DNA of 64,000 bases, taken from assembly GCA_951406725.2 (NCBI GenBank), contig OX597831.1, positions 58,218,001 to 58,282,000 of the forward strand. Direction: 5' to 3'. Positions within the stretch are counted from its first letter, which is position 1. The number at the start of each line of letters is the position of its first letter. The stretch comes from Octopus vulgaris. Its lineage: Eukaryota. Positions 14,039-26,250 of this stretch are shown here, piece after piece. A program made the translations under genes and the position numbers. The notes under the pieces were generated by a model, which did not search any database, was not told the DNA's origin, and saw only the letters and a list, made by a program, of their open reading frames with translations.

Positions 14039-14516
14039 ATACACGCATACTCACACGTACCTATTGGATCACGCCGACCGTGCTTACTAGCTCGGTAGCT
14101 TTCAGCATTTGACTGGCTAGCAGTCCACACAGAAGGAACATTGACAAATTAATTAATTAATGAATCAATTAATAATATTCCCATTTTATCCATTCCATTA
14201 TAAAATTAAGAACGATTATTTAAAGCTAACAAGTACTTCACGACTCCAATCTCTGTAACAACATTAGTCACGTTTGGCATAATGCAAATAAATATAATAA
14301 AAGGAAATAAATGTGCGATCGCAGTTCACTCTGTGCTACTGATGTTTCAATAACATGGCGTTTGTTCATAATTCGACTGCGAGTCAAATTTTGTCATTTT
14401 AGCAGACGGGTGCTTGATGCTGTGGCGAGCAATTTGCATGATGCAATGCACGAATTATGAATAAAACTACAAGTTATCCACAAAAACGAACTGGTATTGT
14501 TCATCCATGTTCTTTC

Positions 14517-14565
<49 letters not shown>

Positions 14566-14567
14566 AT

Positions 14568-14779
14568 ATATATTATAGAGGGCATTACTATACTTTTGAC
14601 TTTAAGAGTCCTTCCTAGCGTGTGGCATTTATGTATAGTAATGCCCTCTATATAATATAAATAAATAAATATATTTAAGTGAAGAAATTTGTGGATTTTT
14701 TCTCTTATGAGGTTTTTCACGCTAACTACTTGATAAATTCTTATAAAGATTTATCCTATTTTTAAATTTTAAATTTAAC

Positions 14780-14782
<3 letters not shown>
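14568..14782 (+). mobile_element. Truncated copy of the 53.4-54.2 kb hammerhead element family, between (TA)n arrays
   Basis: Shares GACTTTAAGAGTCC..GGCATTTATGT..AATGCCCTCTATA and TTTTTTCTCTTATGAGGTTTTTCACGCTAACTACTTGATAA with 54012-54146; short inverted arm at 14568-14592. Confidence 0.85.
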
Positions 14783-14828
<46 letters not shown>

Positions 14829-14875
14829 GAAAAGTCAAGATAGAAAATGCTAAAGTAGTTTTATAAAAAGCATTT

Positions 14876-14911
14876 CAGCACCGGTTTCAGTCATTGAGAC
14901 TTTTTCAACTG
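14876..14911 (-). ncRNA. Minimal type I hammerhead-like motif, U3-A8 core variant (cleavage triplet mutated to GUG)
   Basis: cag-TTGAAAA-AGTC tcaat GACT-GAAA-CCGG-TG-ctg; palindromic stem III ACCGGT. Confidence 0.6.
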
Positions 14912-15460
14912 TAAGTATGGAAAACGATTAAATTTTGGAAAAATTAAAAGAAAAGTTTCTCTTAAAAGAATATTTGCATAGTGTTCAAATACAAATGGCA
15001 TTTTCCTTGTTTCTGCCTGTCTCTGTCTCACTTGTTTACTCTTGTGGGTTCGAGGTCGTTGGGAATTATTGATAGGGAAGAAGAAGAAGAAGAAGAAACT
15101 ACTACTAGTCATATCTCACTTAGATATAAAACTAGCTATATATGTATATCTATATATATAATACCGATACAGATGTACATAGATTTGTGTTTTTCTTTCA
15201 TTTTAGTTTAATTTTAAAGGTAGTATTTAATCCTGCCTATATTTGATTGAATACTGTTGTACATAGAGTAAATGTGCGTGTTGTTTTTTGGTATGTTTAT
15301 TCCCAAACAGCACTTGCTCTAGGGCTGCTGAAACCACTGGATTGAATGGTACTGCCCAGGTGTCGAAACCATAATTATATCCGTGGGGCAGCTGATGATG
15401 GAGATGTTGGATTGTTGGTATGGCTGTTTTTGTATATGTGGAGTAGTGATATAACACATC

Positions 15461-15539
<79 letters not shown>

Positions 15540-16037
15540 GTGACGCATATTTGCCATTTGAATATGGCTAACCCATAAGGGTGGATGCTACTGTAGTTTG
15601 TAGCCCCAGGAAGATATCTCCTCCAGCTGGCTATAGACACACTATCTGTGTCCTCTCAGTATTTGTGAAGGGGAGTCATCCTCCCCGTCTTCAACTCATG
15701 ATACACACGTATCCGAGTTTCAAGGTGTTTACCTTTCATAAGCGTGTGACAATCATGGTTGTCGACGAGAAGTCAGATCCCTTCACAAATACATATACTT
15801 TTTCCAGTGTCGATTGACACTGATATTGAAAAAGTGAAATCAAACAATGATAACTCTCAGAGCGAGTTATAAACAGTAGCGGTAACACATCGTGACGCAT
15901 ATTTGCCATTTGAATATGGCTAACCCATAAACTACAGTAGCATCCACCCTTATGGGTTAGCCATATTCAAATGGCAAATATGCGTCACGATGTGTTACCG
16001 CTACTGTTTATAACTCGCTCTGAGATTTATCATTGTT
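15540..16037. mobile_element. Retrozyme-like element: 352-nt monomer with 39-nt terminal redundancy plus inverted arm, within (TA)n
   Basis: 15540-15578 = 15892-15930; 15931-16037 is the reverse complement of sequence across that junction; degenerate hammerhead on - at 15704-15748. Confidence 0.85.
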
Positions 16038-16045
16038 ATATATAC

Positions 16046-16087
<42 letters not shown>

Positions 16088-16169
16088 GTACATACATATG
16101 TGTGTATATATATACACGCATATTTATATATATATATATATATACATACAGATATATACGTGCATACAC

Positions 16170-16222
<53 letters not shown>

Positions 16223-16273
16223 TCATAAGCGACGGAGGAAAAGGACTGAACGGATGCTGATATTCTATGTATC

Positions 16274-16362
16274 GCTGTTACGAAGTTTGACTGAAGAGGT
16301 CCAATAGACCGAAATCCCCATGATGTAGGAATTCCAGCGCCTATGTCAGACGAATAACAGTG
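16274..16362 (+). ncRNA. Partial hammerhead-like motif
   Basis: gtttga-CTGAAGA-GGTC caata GACC-GAAA ... tcagac; outer stem CGCTGTTA/TAACAGTG; stem III and cleavage triplet unresolved. Confidence 0.4.
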
Positions 16363-16422
16363 TTCGGCGTTCTAACAAAACATCCCTGTTAACATGGATA
16401 GAAAGATTACCGCATACATACA

Positions 16423-16453
<31 letters not shown>

Positions 16454-16554
16454 GCACATATATATATACATACGTACATACACACATACATACATATACA
16501 CATAGATACATACATACACACATACATACATACATACATACATACATACATACA

Positions 16555-16585
<31 letters not shown>

Positions 16586-16906
16586 TCTTTTATTTGTTTC
16601 CGTCATTTCGATGTGGTTATGCTGGAGCACCGCCTAATGGGTTTTAGTCGAAGAAATCGACCCCAGGGCTTATTCTTTGTAGGCCTAGCACTTATCCTAT
16701 CAGACCCTTTTGCCGAACTGTTAAATTTGTGGGGGAGTGGTAAGTCGATAATATCAACCTCATTAATCTACTGGTACTTATTTTATCGACCCAGAAAGAC
16801 TGAAAAGCAAAGTAGAAATTTGCAGAAATTTGAACTCAGAACGGAAACATGGGCGGAATACCGCTAAGTATTTTGCTCGGAGTGTTAACGAATCTGCACC
16901 TTAGCC

Positions 16907-16953
<47 letters not shown>

Positions 16954-16963
16954 AGCACATACA

Positions 16964-17033
<70 letters not shown>

Positions 17034-17326
17034 ACTATCTATCTGTCTGTCTGTCTGACTGTCTGTCTGTCTGTCTACACACACACATACATAAAGAGAG
17101 AGAGAGAGGGGGAGGGAAAGAAAGACAGAGAGAAGGAAAGCGAGGAAGAGAGAGACTATTATTTTTGTTGGTTATATGAAATAGTTATAAAATCTTCAGC
17201 CTCAATGCAAACATTTAAACATTTTTCATATATTTTTATTGAATTATTTTTGTTGGTTTCTACGACAATTTGCAGTTGAAATTATAAAAAAAAAAGTTAG
17301 AAACTTTGATTTAATATATTTCCTCT

Positions 17327-18095
17327 ACCACCACCACCACCACCACCACCACCACCACCACCACCACCACCACCACCACCACCACCACCACCACCACCAC
17401 CACCACCACCACCACCACCACCACCACCACCACCACCACCACCACCACCACCACCACCACCACCACCACCACCACCACCACCACCACCACCACCACCACC
17501 ACCACCACCACCACCACCACCACCACCACCACCACCACCACCACCACCACCACCACCACCACCACCACCACCACCACCACCACCACCACCACCACCACCA
17601 CCACCACCACCACCACCACCACCACCACCACCACCACCACCACCACCACCACCACCACCACCACCACCACCACCACCACCACCACCACCACCACCACCAC
17701 CACCACCACCACCACCACCACCACCACCACCACCACCACCACCACCACCACCACCACCACCACCACCACCACCACCACCACCACCACCACCACCACCACC
17801 ACCACCACCACCACCACCACCACCACCACCACCACCACCACCACCACCACCACCACCACCACCACCACCACCACCACCACCACCACCACCACCACCACCA
17901 CCACCACCACCACCACCACCACCACCACCACCACCACCACCACCACCACCACCACCACCACCACCACCACCACCACCACCACCACCACCACCACCACCAC
18001 CACCACCACCACCACCACCACCACCACCACCACCACCACCACCACCACCACCACCACCACCACCACCACCACCACCACCACCACCACCACCACCA
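17327..18095. repeat. Perfect (CCA)n trinucleotide array, ~255 units
   Basis: Read directly; explains the poly-H/G/V/W ORFs. Confidence 0.97.
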
Positions 18096-18432
18096 TCCTG
18101 CCGCCGCCAGAAACCCACTTCTGTAACACATCCACATACGTACACTACTGTTATCCGACAATTTGATAGTTGTTTCGTCGCTTCTCTAACGAAATTAGCT
18201 GTAGATAACGGAACACGTCTATTTCTGGCAAAATATAAGATGAAGAGGGGTCAGAGGTTAGGAGAGTTAAAGAAAAAAAAAATCGTTAAATGAGTTCAAA
18301 CAGAAGAGATATTTCAGAGAATTGTTTGATAGAAGTGATGGCCAGAGAAAATGTGCGAGAGCGCTTCTTAGCTGGTTTGAAGTGTACGTACGTACGCACA
18401 TCCATCCATGCATACATACATACATACATACA

Positions 18433-18463
<31 letters not shown>

Positions 18464-18533
18464 GCACATAACTTCTAATATACAAACAAGAAATAAAAGC
18501 ACTCAATACAAACAGATGTAGCATCATATATAT

Positions 18534-18597
<64 letters not shown>

Positions 18598-18598
18598 C

Positions 18599-18731
<133 letters not shown>

Positions 18732-19449
18732 ATATATATATATATATGTAAGCGGAAATTATTACTTTATCGTAAGTAAAAGTTTTCCCGATTGCAATGG
18801 TCACACGGTGTAGAAAATTATACTCTGTATGTATAGGCATGTCTATAAAAACTTTTAGTCAAATCATTATTGGAAAGAAGTGAGCAATAGTCTAATGTGG
18901 TTTGTCAGATTAGGAAACTTAAATTGCTAACTTCATGCTATCTATAGTGATAGGGTTAGGGTTAGGGGTGGGGGAAAGGGTATCTTTTTTCTTCACAAAT
19001 GTACGTATAAACGCCTGTATGTATACATCTAATCTAGCGGTTATCTGCTCTTGGGCAGGTCCTGAGCATGTTAACCTTCTCCAGCACTCTCTATACGACC
19101 TGGGAGAGCCATTATCTTCCCTTGTCACTGTGAAATAGATTGCTGGAACTTCGGCAACCATGAATAGAGCTGGGATAAATGCAGGGGTAGTTTACCGTTG
19201 CCTTCTCCAGGCAGATGAGATTTGAACTCAGAATGTAGAAAGCCGGAAGACGTTCCAGAAAGAATTTCTACCCACGCACCAATAACGAATAAAAATCAGT
19301 GCTATACGACAGCGAACCTGCGATCAAACTGAACACATACATAGAGTATGTGTTTACAACACTAACGTTGCTTTTAGTTCGTTATTGAATAAAATTTTAT
19401 GCATGCATTACCGTGGTATACCAGCAACTAGTTCTTACACTATTTATAT

Positions 19450-19656
19450 AAGGAGGGTGCTTTAAGGGTGTCGCGAAACGCATGGCTGGAGGCTCAATCT
19501 TCCGAGTTCTTTTACAGGGCTTAGATAAACTGAAAGACTGCTGCAATAAGTGTGTGAATCTGAGGGAGGAATACGTTGAATAAAATCATAGTCAACTGAT
19601 GCTCCCATATTTTCTTTTACCCAAAGCTAGGAACTTTTCAGCAGCACCTTCTCGTA
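19450..19656 (+). mobile_element. Internally deleted mariner element
   Basis: WLEAQSSEFF..GLDKLKDCCNKCVNLREEYVE* (mariner C-terminus) followed by TIR-like GGAACTTTTCAGCAGCACC..CTCGTA; a matching left-end motif occurs at 3065. Confidence 0.7.
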
Positions 19657-19721
19657 GATAGTCATAGACTGGCGATTCGATTCGTCCTCGGTTTGATTCA
19701 GGTACGTGATAAGCCACAAAA

Positions 19722-19925
19722 GATCTATTTTAGGGTTAGGGTTAATTAGGGGTGGGGGAAAGGGTATCTTTTTTTCTTCACAAATGTAAATAAACCCAAT
19801 CTGTTTCTTAAACGAGGGACATATTCATACGGCACATAATGTTGTTTACCTCAATGGACGTCAGTGATTGGTTGAAATTGCAGAAATTGAAGAAAAACAA
19901 CAAATATCTTACAAACTATAGAATT
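19722..19925. mobile_element. Internal fragment of the GG-TIR MITE flanked by 14-bp direct repeat TGATAAGCCACAAAA
   Basis: Matches the internal part of 21258-21708; the flank repeat is at ~19707 and ~19926. Confidence 0.75.
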
Positions 19926-20454
19926 TGATAAGCCACAAAAATGGTGAAATATCGAAATCTATGATTATTGAATTCGATTGGAGGCGAGTTGTCGCGTCTG
20001 TGTATGACTTTCAGGTGCTTTAACTGCTAGCGTAATGAGGAAGTCATCTCTCAAGTGCTATTCGGCAGCAAACCGGCGAACAAACAAACCACATTCACTG
20101 AGTATGTGCGGTCGATAATATACATATGTGAATTAATGCTCTAACTGATCTAGTAGTATAGTATATAAATGTGCTAACGTTTCTGCCTGCTCACCGCCTT
20201 ATTGAGACAGATATTCTTTTCTGCTCTAGGCACAAGGCCCGAAATTTTTGGGGAGGGGGGGCCAGTCGATTAGATCGACCCCAGTACGCAACTGGTACTT
20301 AATTTATCGACCTCGAAAGGATGAAAGGCAAAGTCGACCTCGGCAGAATTGAGACATATATTGATTAAGCACTTCCTTTCTTGGCAATCGCTGACAAGAA
20401 TATCTGGTGAATTTGCATTGATGTACTTTCCATTGAGTTCATAATACCATTATT

Positions 20455-20778
20455 TTCCCAGACCGGGCGTTGTGAGTGTTTATTGAACGAAAACACCTAA
20501 AAGCTCCACGAGGCTCCGGCAGAGGATGGTGGTGATCCCTGCTGTACTCTTTCACCACAACTTTCTCTCACTCTTACTTCCTGTTTCTGTTGTACCTGTA
20601 TTTCAAGGGGCCGGCCTTGTCACCCTCTGTGTCACGCTGAATATCCCCGAGAACTACGTTAAGGGTGCACGTGTCTGTGAAGTGCTCAGCCACTTACACG
20701 TTAATTTCACGAGCAGGCTGTTCCGTTGATTCGGATCAACCGGAACCCTCATCGTCGTTACCGACGGAGTGCTTCCAT
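20455..20778 (+). mobile_element. SINE family C, 5'-truncated, second tail type
   Basis: TTCCCAGACCGGGCGTTGTGAGTGTTTATTGA..AAAACACCTAAAAGCTCCACG is shared with the 37888 copy; the 3' part differs. Confidence 0.8.
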
Positions 20779-21257
20779 AGCATGTAAAACAGTCATAATA
20801 ATTCACGAACCATTATGAAATATCTTTGGTGTTTTATAGAACAAGCATAATTTCCAGTATAACAACCCCCACCATCTCTGTCATGCCTGTTTATATATTC
20901 TCTGTTGATAAACGCTAAGCTGACAGAAACAATGTGGTCAGTTGTTTCTTTCCAATATCATTTTTTTTTCGCAATTCTAATTAAAGTCTGATTCATTAGG
21001 GGATTTTAGTTGTTGACATAGGAAAACATTTGAGGTATTGGTCATATAAAGGATATTCTTACCATAGTTTTATCGCAACATGTGGTAGTTCCATTTTCAG
21101 AAGAAGTTTTTACCATCGCAATTTCTGCGGTTTCACCTTTCTCTTCACAGCCGATTAATACTTCAGCCTCAGTGTTGCATTTCTTGAATTTTTTTTTATT
21201 AGATGTTTCCGCAAACTTACAGTAGATACTTTATATCAATTTTTTAGTTGCATAAAA

Positions 21258-21708
21258 GGATCTTTTCGGTTTGAACGGCAGTTTTTCCTAGCGGTGTCAT
21301 ATGAAATTGTCACCCATAATTATGACCCTAGTATCGATCTATTGCATTTCAATCTATTTTAGGGTTAGGTTAGTTAGGGTTAGTTAATGCTAGTTAGGGT
21401 TAGGGTTAGGGGTGGGGGAAAGGGTATCTTTTTTTCTTCACAAATGTAAATAAACCCAATCTGTTTCTTAAACGAGGGACATATTCATACGGCACAGAAT
21501 GTTGTTTACCTCAATGGACGTCAGTGATTGGTTGAAATTGCAGAAATTGAAGTAAAAAACAACAAATATCTTACAAACTATAGAATTTTCTCAATAAAGC
21601 CAAGAGAAAAAGATGTTTTATAAACACATTCTACCAGTATACGAAGTTTAAAATTTTTTAGTTACCTAGAAATTATGTTAAAAACTACCGTTCAAACCGA
21701 AAATATCC
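21258..21708. mobile_element. GG-TIR MITE, complete, perfect 8-bp TSD GCATAAAA
   Basis: TIRs; TSD at 21250-21257 and 21709-21716; expanded TTAGGG/TTAG tract at 21359-21418. Confidence 0.92.
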
Positions 21709-21779
21709 GCATAAAATTCCTTCCTTCTTATATTTGAAGCAGACAAAATTCGCCTATGTCGGATTTTGTGACTATTCTA

Positions 21780-21920
21780 TAAGGTTGTCCCAAAAGTTCG
21801 TAGAAAGTCTTGGAAAATAATGGTCTTTATTTTGAGGAATAATTTTTGTTGGTTTTGTTAGTACTTGGCGAGTAAAAATTCAATTTTCGCAAGTGTTTAC
21901 GAACTTTTGGGACAACCTAA
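21780..21920. mobile_element. Mariner-type MITE (141 bp) with TA TSD
   Basis: TIR AGGTTGTCCCAAAAGTTCGTA / TACGAACTTTTGGGACAACCT, flanked by TA. Confidence 0.85.
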
Positions 21921-21984
21921 TATTTAGTAATTTCTATTTTGTACTCTGTCTAGTTCATTAATTCCAAGGTATTTGTAAATCTGT

Positions 21985-22213
21985 ACAGGCGGCGTGTTGG
22001 CAGAAACGTTTAGCACGCCGGGCAAAATGCGTAGCCGTATTTCGTCTGCCATTACGTTCCGGGTTCAAATTCCGCCGAGGTCAACTTTGCCTTTCATCCT
22101 TTCTAGGTCGATGAATTAAGTACCAGTTACGCACTGGGGTCGATGTAATCGACTTAATACCTATGTCTTGTTTGTCCCCTCTATGTTTAGCCCCTTGTGG
22201 GTAATAAAGAAAT
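21985..22213 (+). mobile_element. SINE family B, full length
   Basis: 18-bp TSD AGGTATTTGTAAATCTGT at 21967-21984 and 22214-22231. Confidence 0.9.
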
Positions 22214-22944
22214 AGGTATTTGTAAATCTGTGTTCGGTCAAACTCTTTCACCATTTTTCATTAACACTGTATTAATGCATTTAATTAATTTTTATCTCTT
22301 CAATGTTTCTTTAACGCATTTTTGTCCCTGAACTCGTCTGTCTTTCTGCCTGTCTGCCTGTCTGTCTGTCTGGTTGTTGAGTATTGCCGTCTGGGAGATA
22401 TCTTATAGTAGTAGTATAGTAGTTTTTAACTGCTATTTCTAAATTTTCAGTATGTGGTGAAGCAAATTTTGCTGAACCCTAATTATAATTATACTCATAA
22501 TTATAGATTTTTTGTATAAGTTTACCGATAATGGTTCTTTTAACATACCGAACTACATAGTAAAATTATTAATTATTAATTAATTAATTAATTTAATTTT
22601 AACCTTTATTATTATCTATCTAACTATCTAGCTAGCTTTATCTACCTACTTACTTAACTACTCATCTATCTACGTGCCTACTTATCTACCTGTTAGCTTG
22701 CCCATCTAATTACATGTCTTTCTAAATATGAAACAAACAAACGCAGCCTCTATAACGGACTAAGCCAATGGTCATTGAAAAGGTTTCAAGGAACAACGAA
22801 AGATATGTGACAAAAAAACAAAGCAAAAAAAAAAAACAAATTCGTTAGTTCGATATTTAACCAATTGACTAATAATAATAACGCAAAGGACTGGAAGTGA
22901 ACCAGTGTGCATGTTAATTATATTGGCATAATGACTCTTCCTAG

Positions 22945-23200
22945 GCGCGTGGCCTAGTGGTTAGGGTGTCGGCATCATAATCGTAAGATTGTGGTTTCGA
23001 TTCTTGGACCGGGCGACCCGTTGTGTTCTTGAGCAAAACACTTCATTTCACGCTGCTCCAGTCCACTCAGCTGGCAAAAATGAGAAATGCTGCAATGGAC
23101 TGGTGTCCCATCCAGCTGGGGAACACATACGCCATTGAAACCGAGAAACCGGTTCCATGAGCCTGGCTACACTTTAAAAGGGCGCATTTATTATTATTTT
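22945..23200 (+). mobile_element. SINE family D (tRNA head plus CORE-like TTGAGCAAAACACTT..CTCAGCTG..AAATG)
   Basis: A-box TGGCCTAGTGG, B-box-like GGTTTCGATTC; TSD-like AATGACTCT..CCTAG on both sides. Confidence 0.8.
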
Positions 23201-23849
23201 TAATGACTCTCCCTAGATATAACAGAATTTGTTTCAACACACGAATTCATATAAAGAATCTTGCAAACCAGATACAAACACAAAGTATTTCATAACCATT
23301 TCAGAGTATTTCACCCTCAGTAAGCCACTGAAATGTTATTTACTGTCCTTTCAATAACTTCCTAAATATTTTACCAGGAACTTTTTGTGTCCCTGTTAAA
23401 AATTCCTGTTAAATATTCCAACCAGAAGTCTCGGCTTCTTATAATTTTCAGGTGCTTTCAGTTTGTGTTTTTTTTTTATTATTGTAGCATGTACCTTACG
23501 CCTTAAATTGATAAGACCCCTGTCCACTGCTTAGATGCTGCGCACTTTGCGCTGAACCTTTTCACCCGTGGATATCTTTTCTCTTTTTAAACATCTCCGA
23601 ATTCTACTTATACTGTATGTTTATTTTCCACTTTACTTACTTGAGTTTTGATATATTCCAATACAAGTAAAATTGAATAAGGACCCAATTTTCATTGTAA
23701 TTGTTGTGGCTGGTGCATATATTATGTCTTTATTAACTTGCTGATATTGAAAACAGCTGTATTCAGGTGTGTTTTTTATTAAATGATCAAACTTGCGTCT
23801 TTTTTTTGGGTCGTTGTCATTTAATTTGAAGGGTCTTTTGTGTTGGTCC

Positions 23850-23905
<56 letters not shown>

Positions 23906-24819
23906 AGAGGGAGAGAGAGAGAGAGAGATCACCTATCGATTTTTAGTTCTTTCTTTCTCTACCTTTAGGTTACTGTTATATTAAAAATTCCCATTTTGAA
24001 AATGTCTGATTCTTAAATCTTTCACGTACTTCTATTCATATTTTGTTGCGTTGATCTGGTTCAATTTGTGTTGTTCAGTATTCTGTATGCTTGGCTTTCT
24101 TGTACTTTGCCATTTACTTTGTTTTGCACGTGTTCAGTCTGTCTTCGTGGTTTTCTGTAATGCTTTTATTGTTCTTCGTATTGCTATTCTTCGTTGGTTG
24201 TGTTGTCATGAAAAAAAAAATCTTTCTTTGAAATTTTCTATTTCTTTGTCTAATATTGTTTTGGTTTCGAGGTTGTATCTTATTAAATTAACGAGTCTCT
24301 CGGGATAAAGAGTTACTTTTAGATTAGGAACACAATAAATCGCAAACATTCCGTCGCTCGAAAATTGACAATCATTCTTTGAACTATTTTATCAAGAACT
24401 AGGGAAAAATAAAATTGAAATATTCGCAGCATTAGTAGCAACAGAAAGAGAATTCAGAGAAAGACTATGGATAGGGAAGGAAATATCTGTGACGATATGG
24501 TTGAAAACAATGAAAGTAACACTTGAACAATCGAGATAGGCCATATCAAGACAACAAGTAGCCGATACACTGTAAAATTTCAAACAAATGGAAAGCACTA
24601 GGAAATGATAACATTAAGTGCAAGCAGAGATGTTTAAGTAAGATACTAAAGGAAGCAGAGATAACACCTAAGTGGCTCAGTGAGGGAAAACTAACTTAAT
24701 TTTTGCAACTAAATAGAGAGCAAAATCTGAAAAGTGTTGGCTTACAATCTGCTTTCCTACAAAGTCTTAAATGCAGTAATATCACACGAGATAAAAAAGT
24801 ATCTTTTAACTTTTATTGT

Positions 24820-25258
24820 ATCTTCTTTCAGACTGTAGCCATGCTGGGGTATGGTTATGAAGGGCATACTCGAACAAATCGACGCCAGATCTCTCCTTTT
24901 TTAAAACCTGGTACTTAATCTATTGCCTTTATTTTACCGAAACGCTAAGTTGCGGTAACCTTATCAAACCAACACCGGTTATAAAGCGGTGCTGGGGACA
25001 AACACAAACGCAAACACACGCACACGCAAATACACACACGCGCACACACACACAAACACACACGCGCACGCACGCATACACACACTTGCACACACATATA
25101 CTATGGGGTTCTTTTAGTTTCTGCCCACCAAATCCACTCACAGTGCTTTGGTCAATCTGGAGCTGTAGTAGAGGATACTTGCCTAAGGTACCACGCAGTG
25201 GGACTGAACCCGAAACCATATGGTTGCGAAGCGAACTTCTTACCACACAGCTACGCCT
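24820..25258 (-). mobile_element. Diverged SINE family A
   Basis: CACGCAGTGGGACTGAACCC and AAATCCACTCACA motifs are colinear with family A. Confidence 0.75.
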
Positions 25259-25319
25259 GAACCTATGAAAAACACTTCTTTGTAGAAGGACAGAAGAATA
25301 GAAGAGATAAATTACTGAT

Positions 25320-25695
25320 TAGCAAAGCCTGCTGGGAAGATAAAAAGGGCCTGAACAAGATATGGATTGAATATCAGAAGGCTTTTGGCAGCATTCTTCA
25401 TACATGGATATTGGTAAAGTTAGTTACGAGTAAGCTGTACTAACGCCAAGAAATATGCCATGAGTAAACGACAAACTATTTTGCAGATACAGGTGAAAGA
25501 AAAAACTAACTCCTCTCCATTAGAAGAGGAATGCTCCAAGAAGGTTACCCCTCTCGTCTTAGTTTTGATTCAGATACGTTCAGACTACATATCGAACAAG
25601 ATTGATGACAGATACATGTACTACGGGATGAATATCAACCAAATCGTACGTTACAAGCGAGACAAACAACCAGAACCATTACTACAAATAGTATA
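25320..25695 (+). pseudogene. Old R4/Dong-like RT relic
   Basis: WIEYQKAFGSILHTWIL, RRGMLQ and ..DKQPEPLLQIV parallel WIDYKNAFDSIPHSWIL, GIFQGD and NDEELEGLL in the adjacent element. Confidence 0.65.
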
Positions 25696-26080
25696 TGTCC
25701 CTTAGTGGCTGACGATATGTGCATCTTTGATCACAAGCAGAAGTAGCGGGGAAGCATCATAGCCCTGTGTTGAAAGGAATTCTTGGAGGCTTGGATAACT
25801 CACCTTTGGAAACATGGGTGGTTCGTTTAGCATCCTTAAACAATCCTTATTCAGGGACCTTTTGAGCGGGATGGGCTACTCGACCAGAAGAAAATTCTAA
25901 CTGGGCCCCACCTGCAAGGTCATGCGCTGTTTATCTTGATATGAGATCACCATGTCACGCACATATGGTTGTGATGCATACGCCTGGTGTACCCTTATCA
26001 GACGGGTAGTCACGATGGTATACTGGGCTTCGCATATTTTATCCCAGTGTCACTTTGATGGTATGTGCTGCTCTCTCACT

Positions 26081-26081
26081 C

Positions 26082-26146
<65 letters not shown>

Positions 26147-26172
26147 TAATAATAATGATAATAATAATAATG

Positions 26173-26247
<75 letters not shown>
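26081..26247. repeat. (AAT)n microsatellite (upstream target of the RLE-LINE)
   Basis: Read directly from the sequence. Confidence 0.95.

Positions 26248-26250
<3 letters not shown>

Noticed and set aside
17239-18161. Poly-His/Gly/Val/Trp ORFs of 274-295 aa
   Set aside because: These are translations of the (CCA)n microsatellite with no coding context.
21359-21418. TTAGGG repeats as a telomere or fusion scar
   Set aside because: They are internal to a MITE and present in every copy.
23290-24700. Strand-biased A-rich stretches that might be old LINE ORF1 or exon remnants
   Set aside because: Many stops and no recognisable motif.
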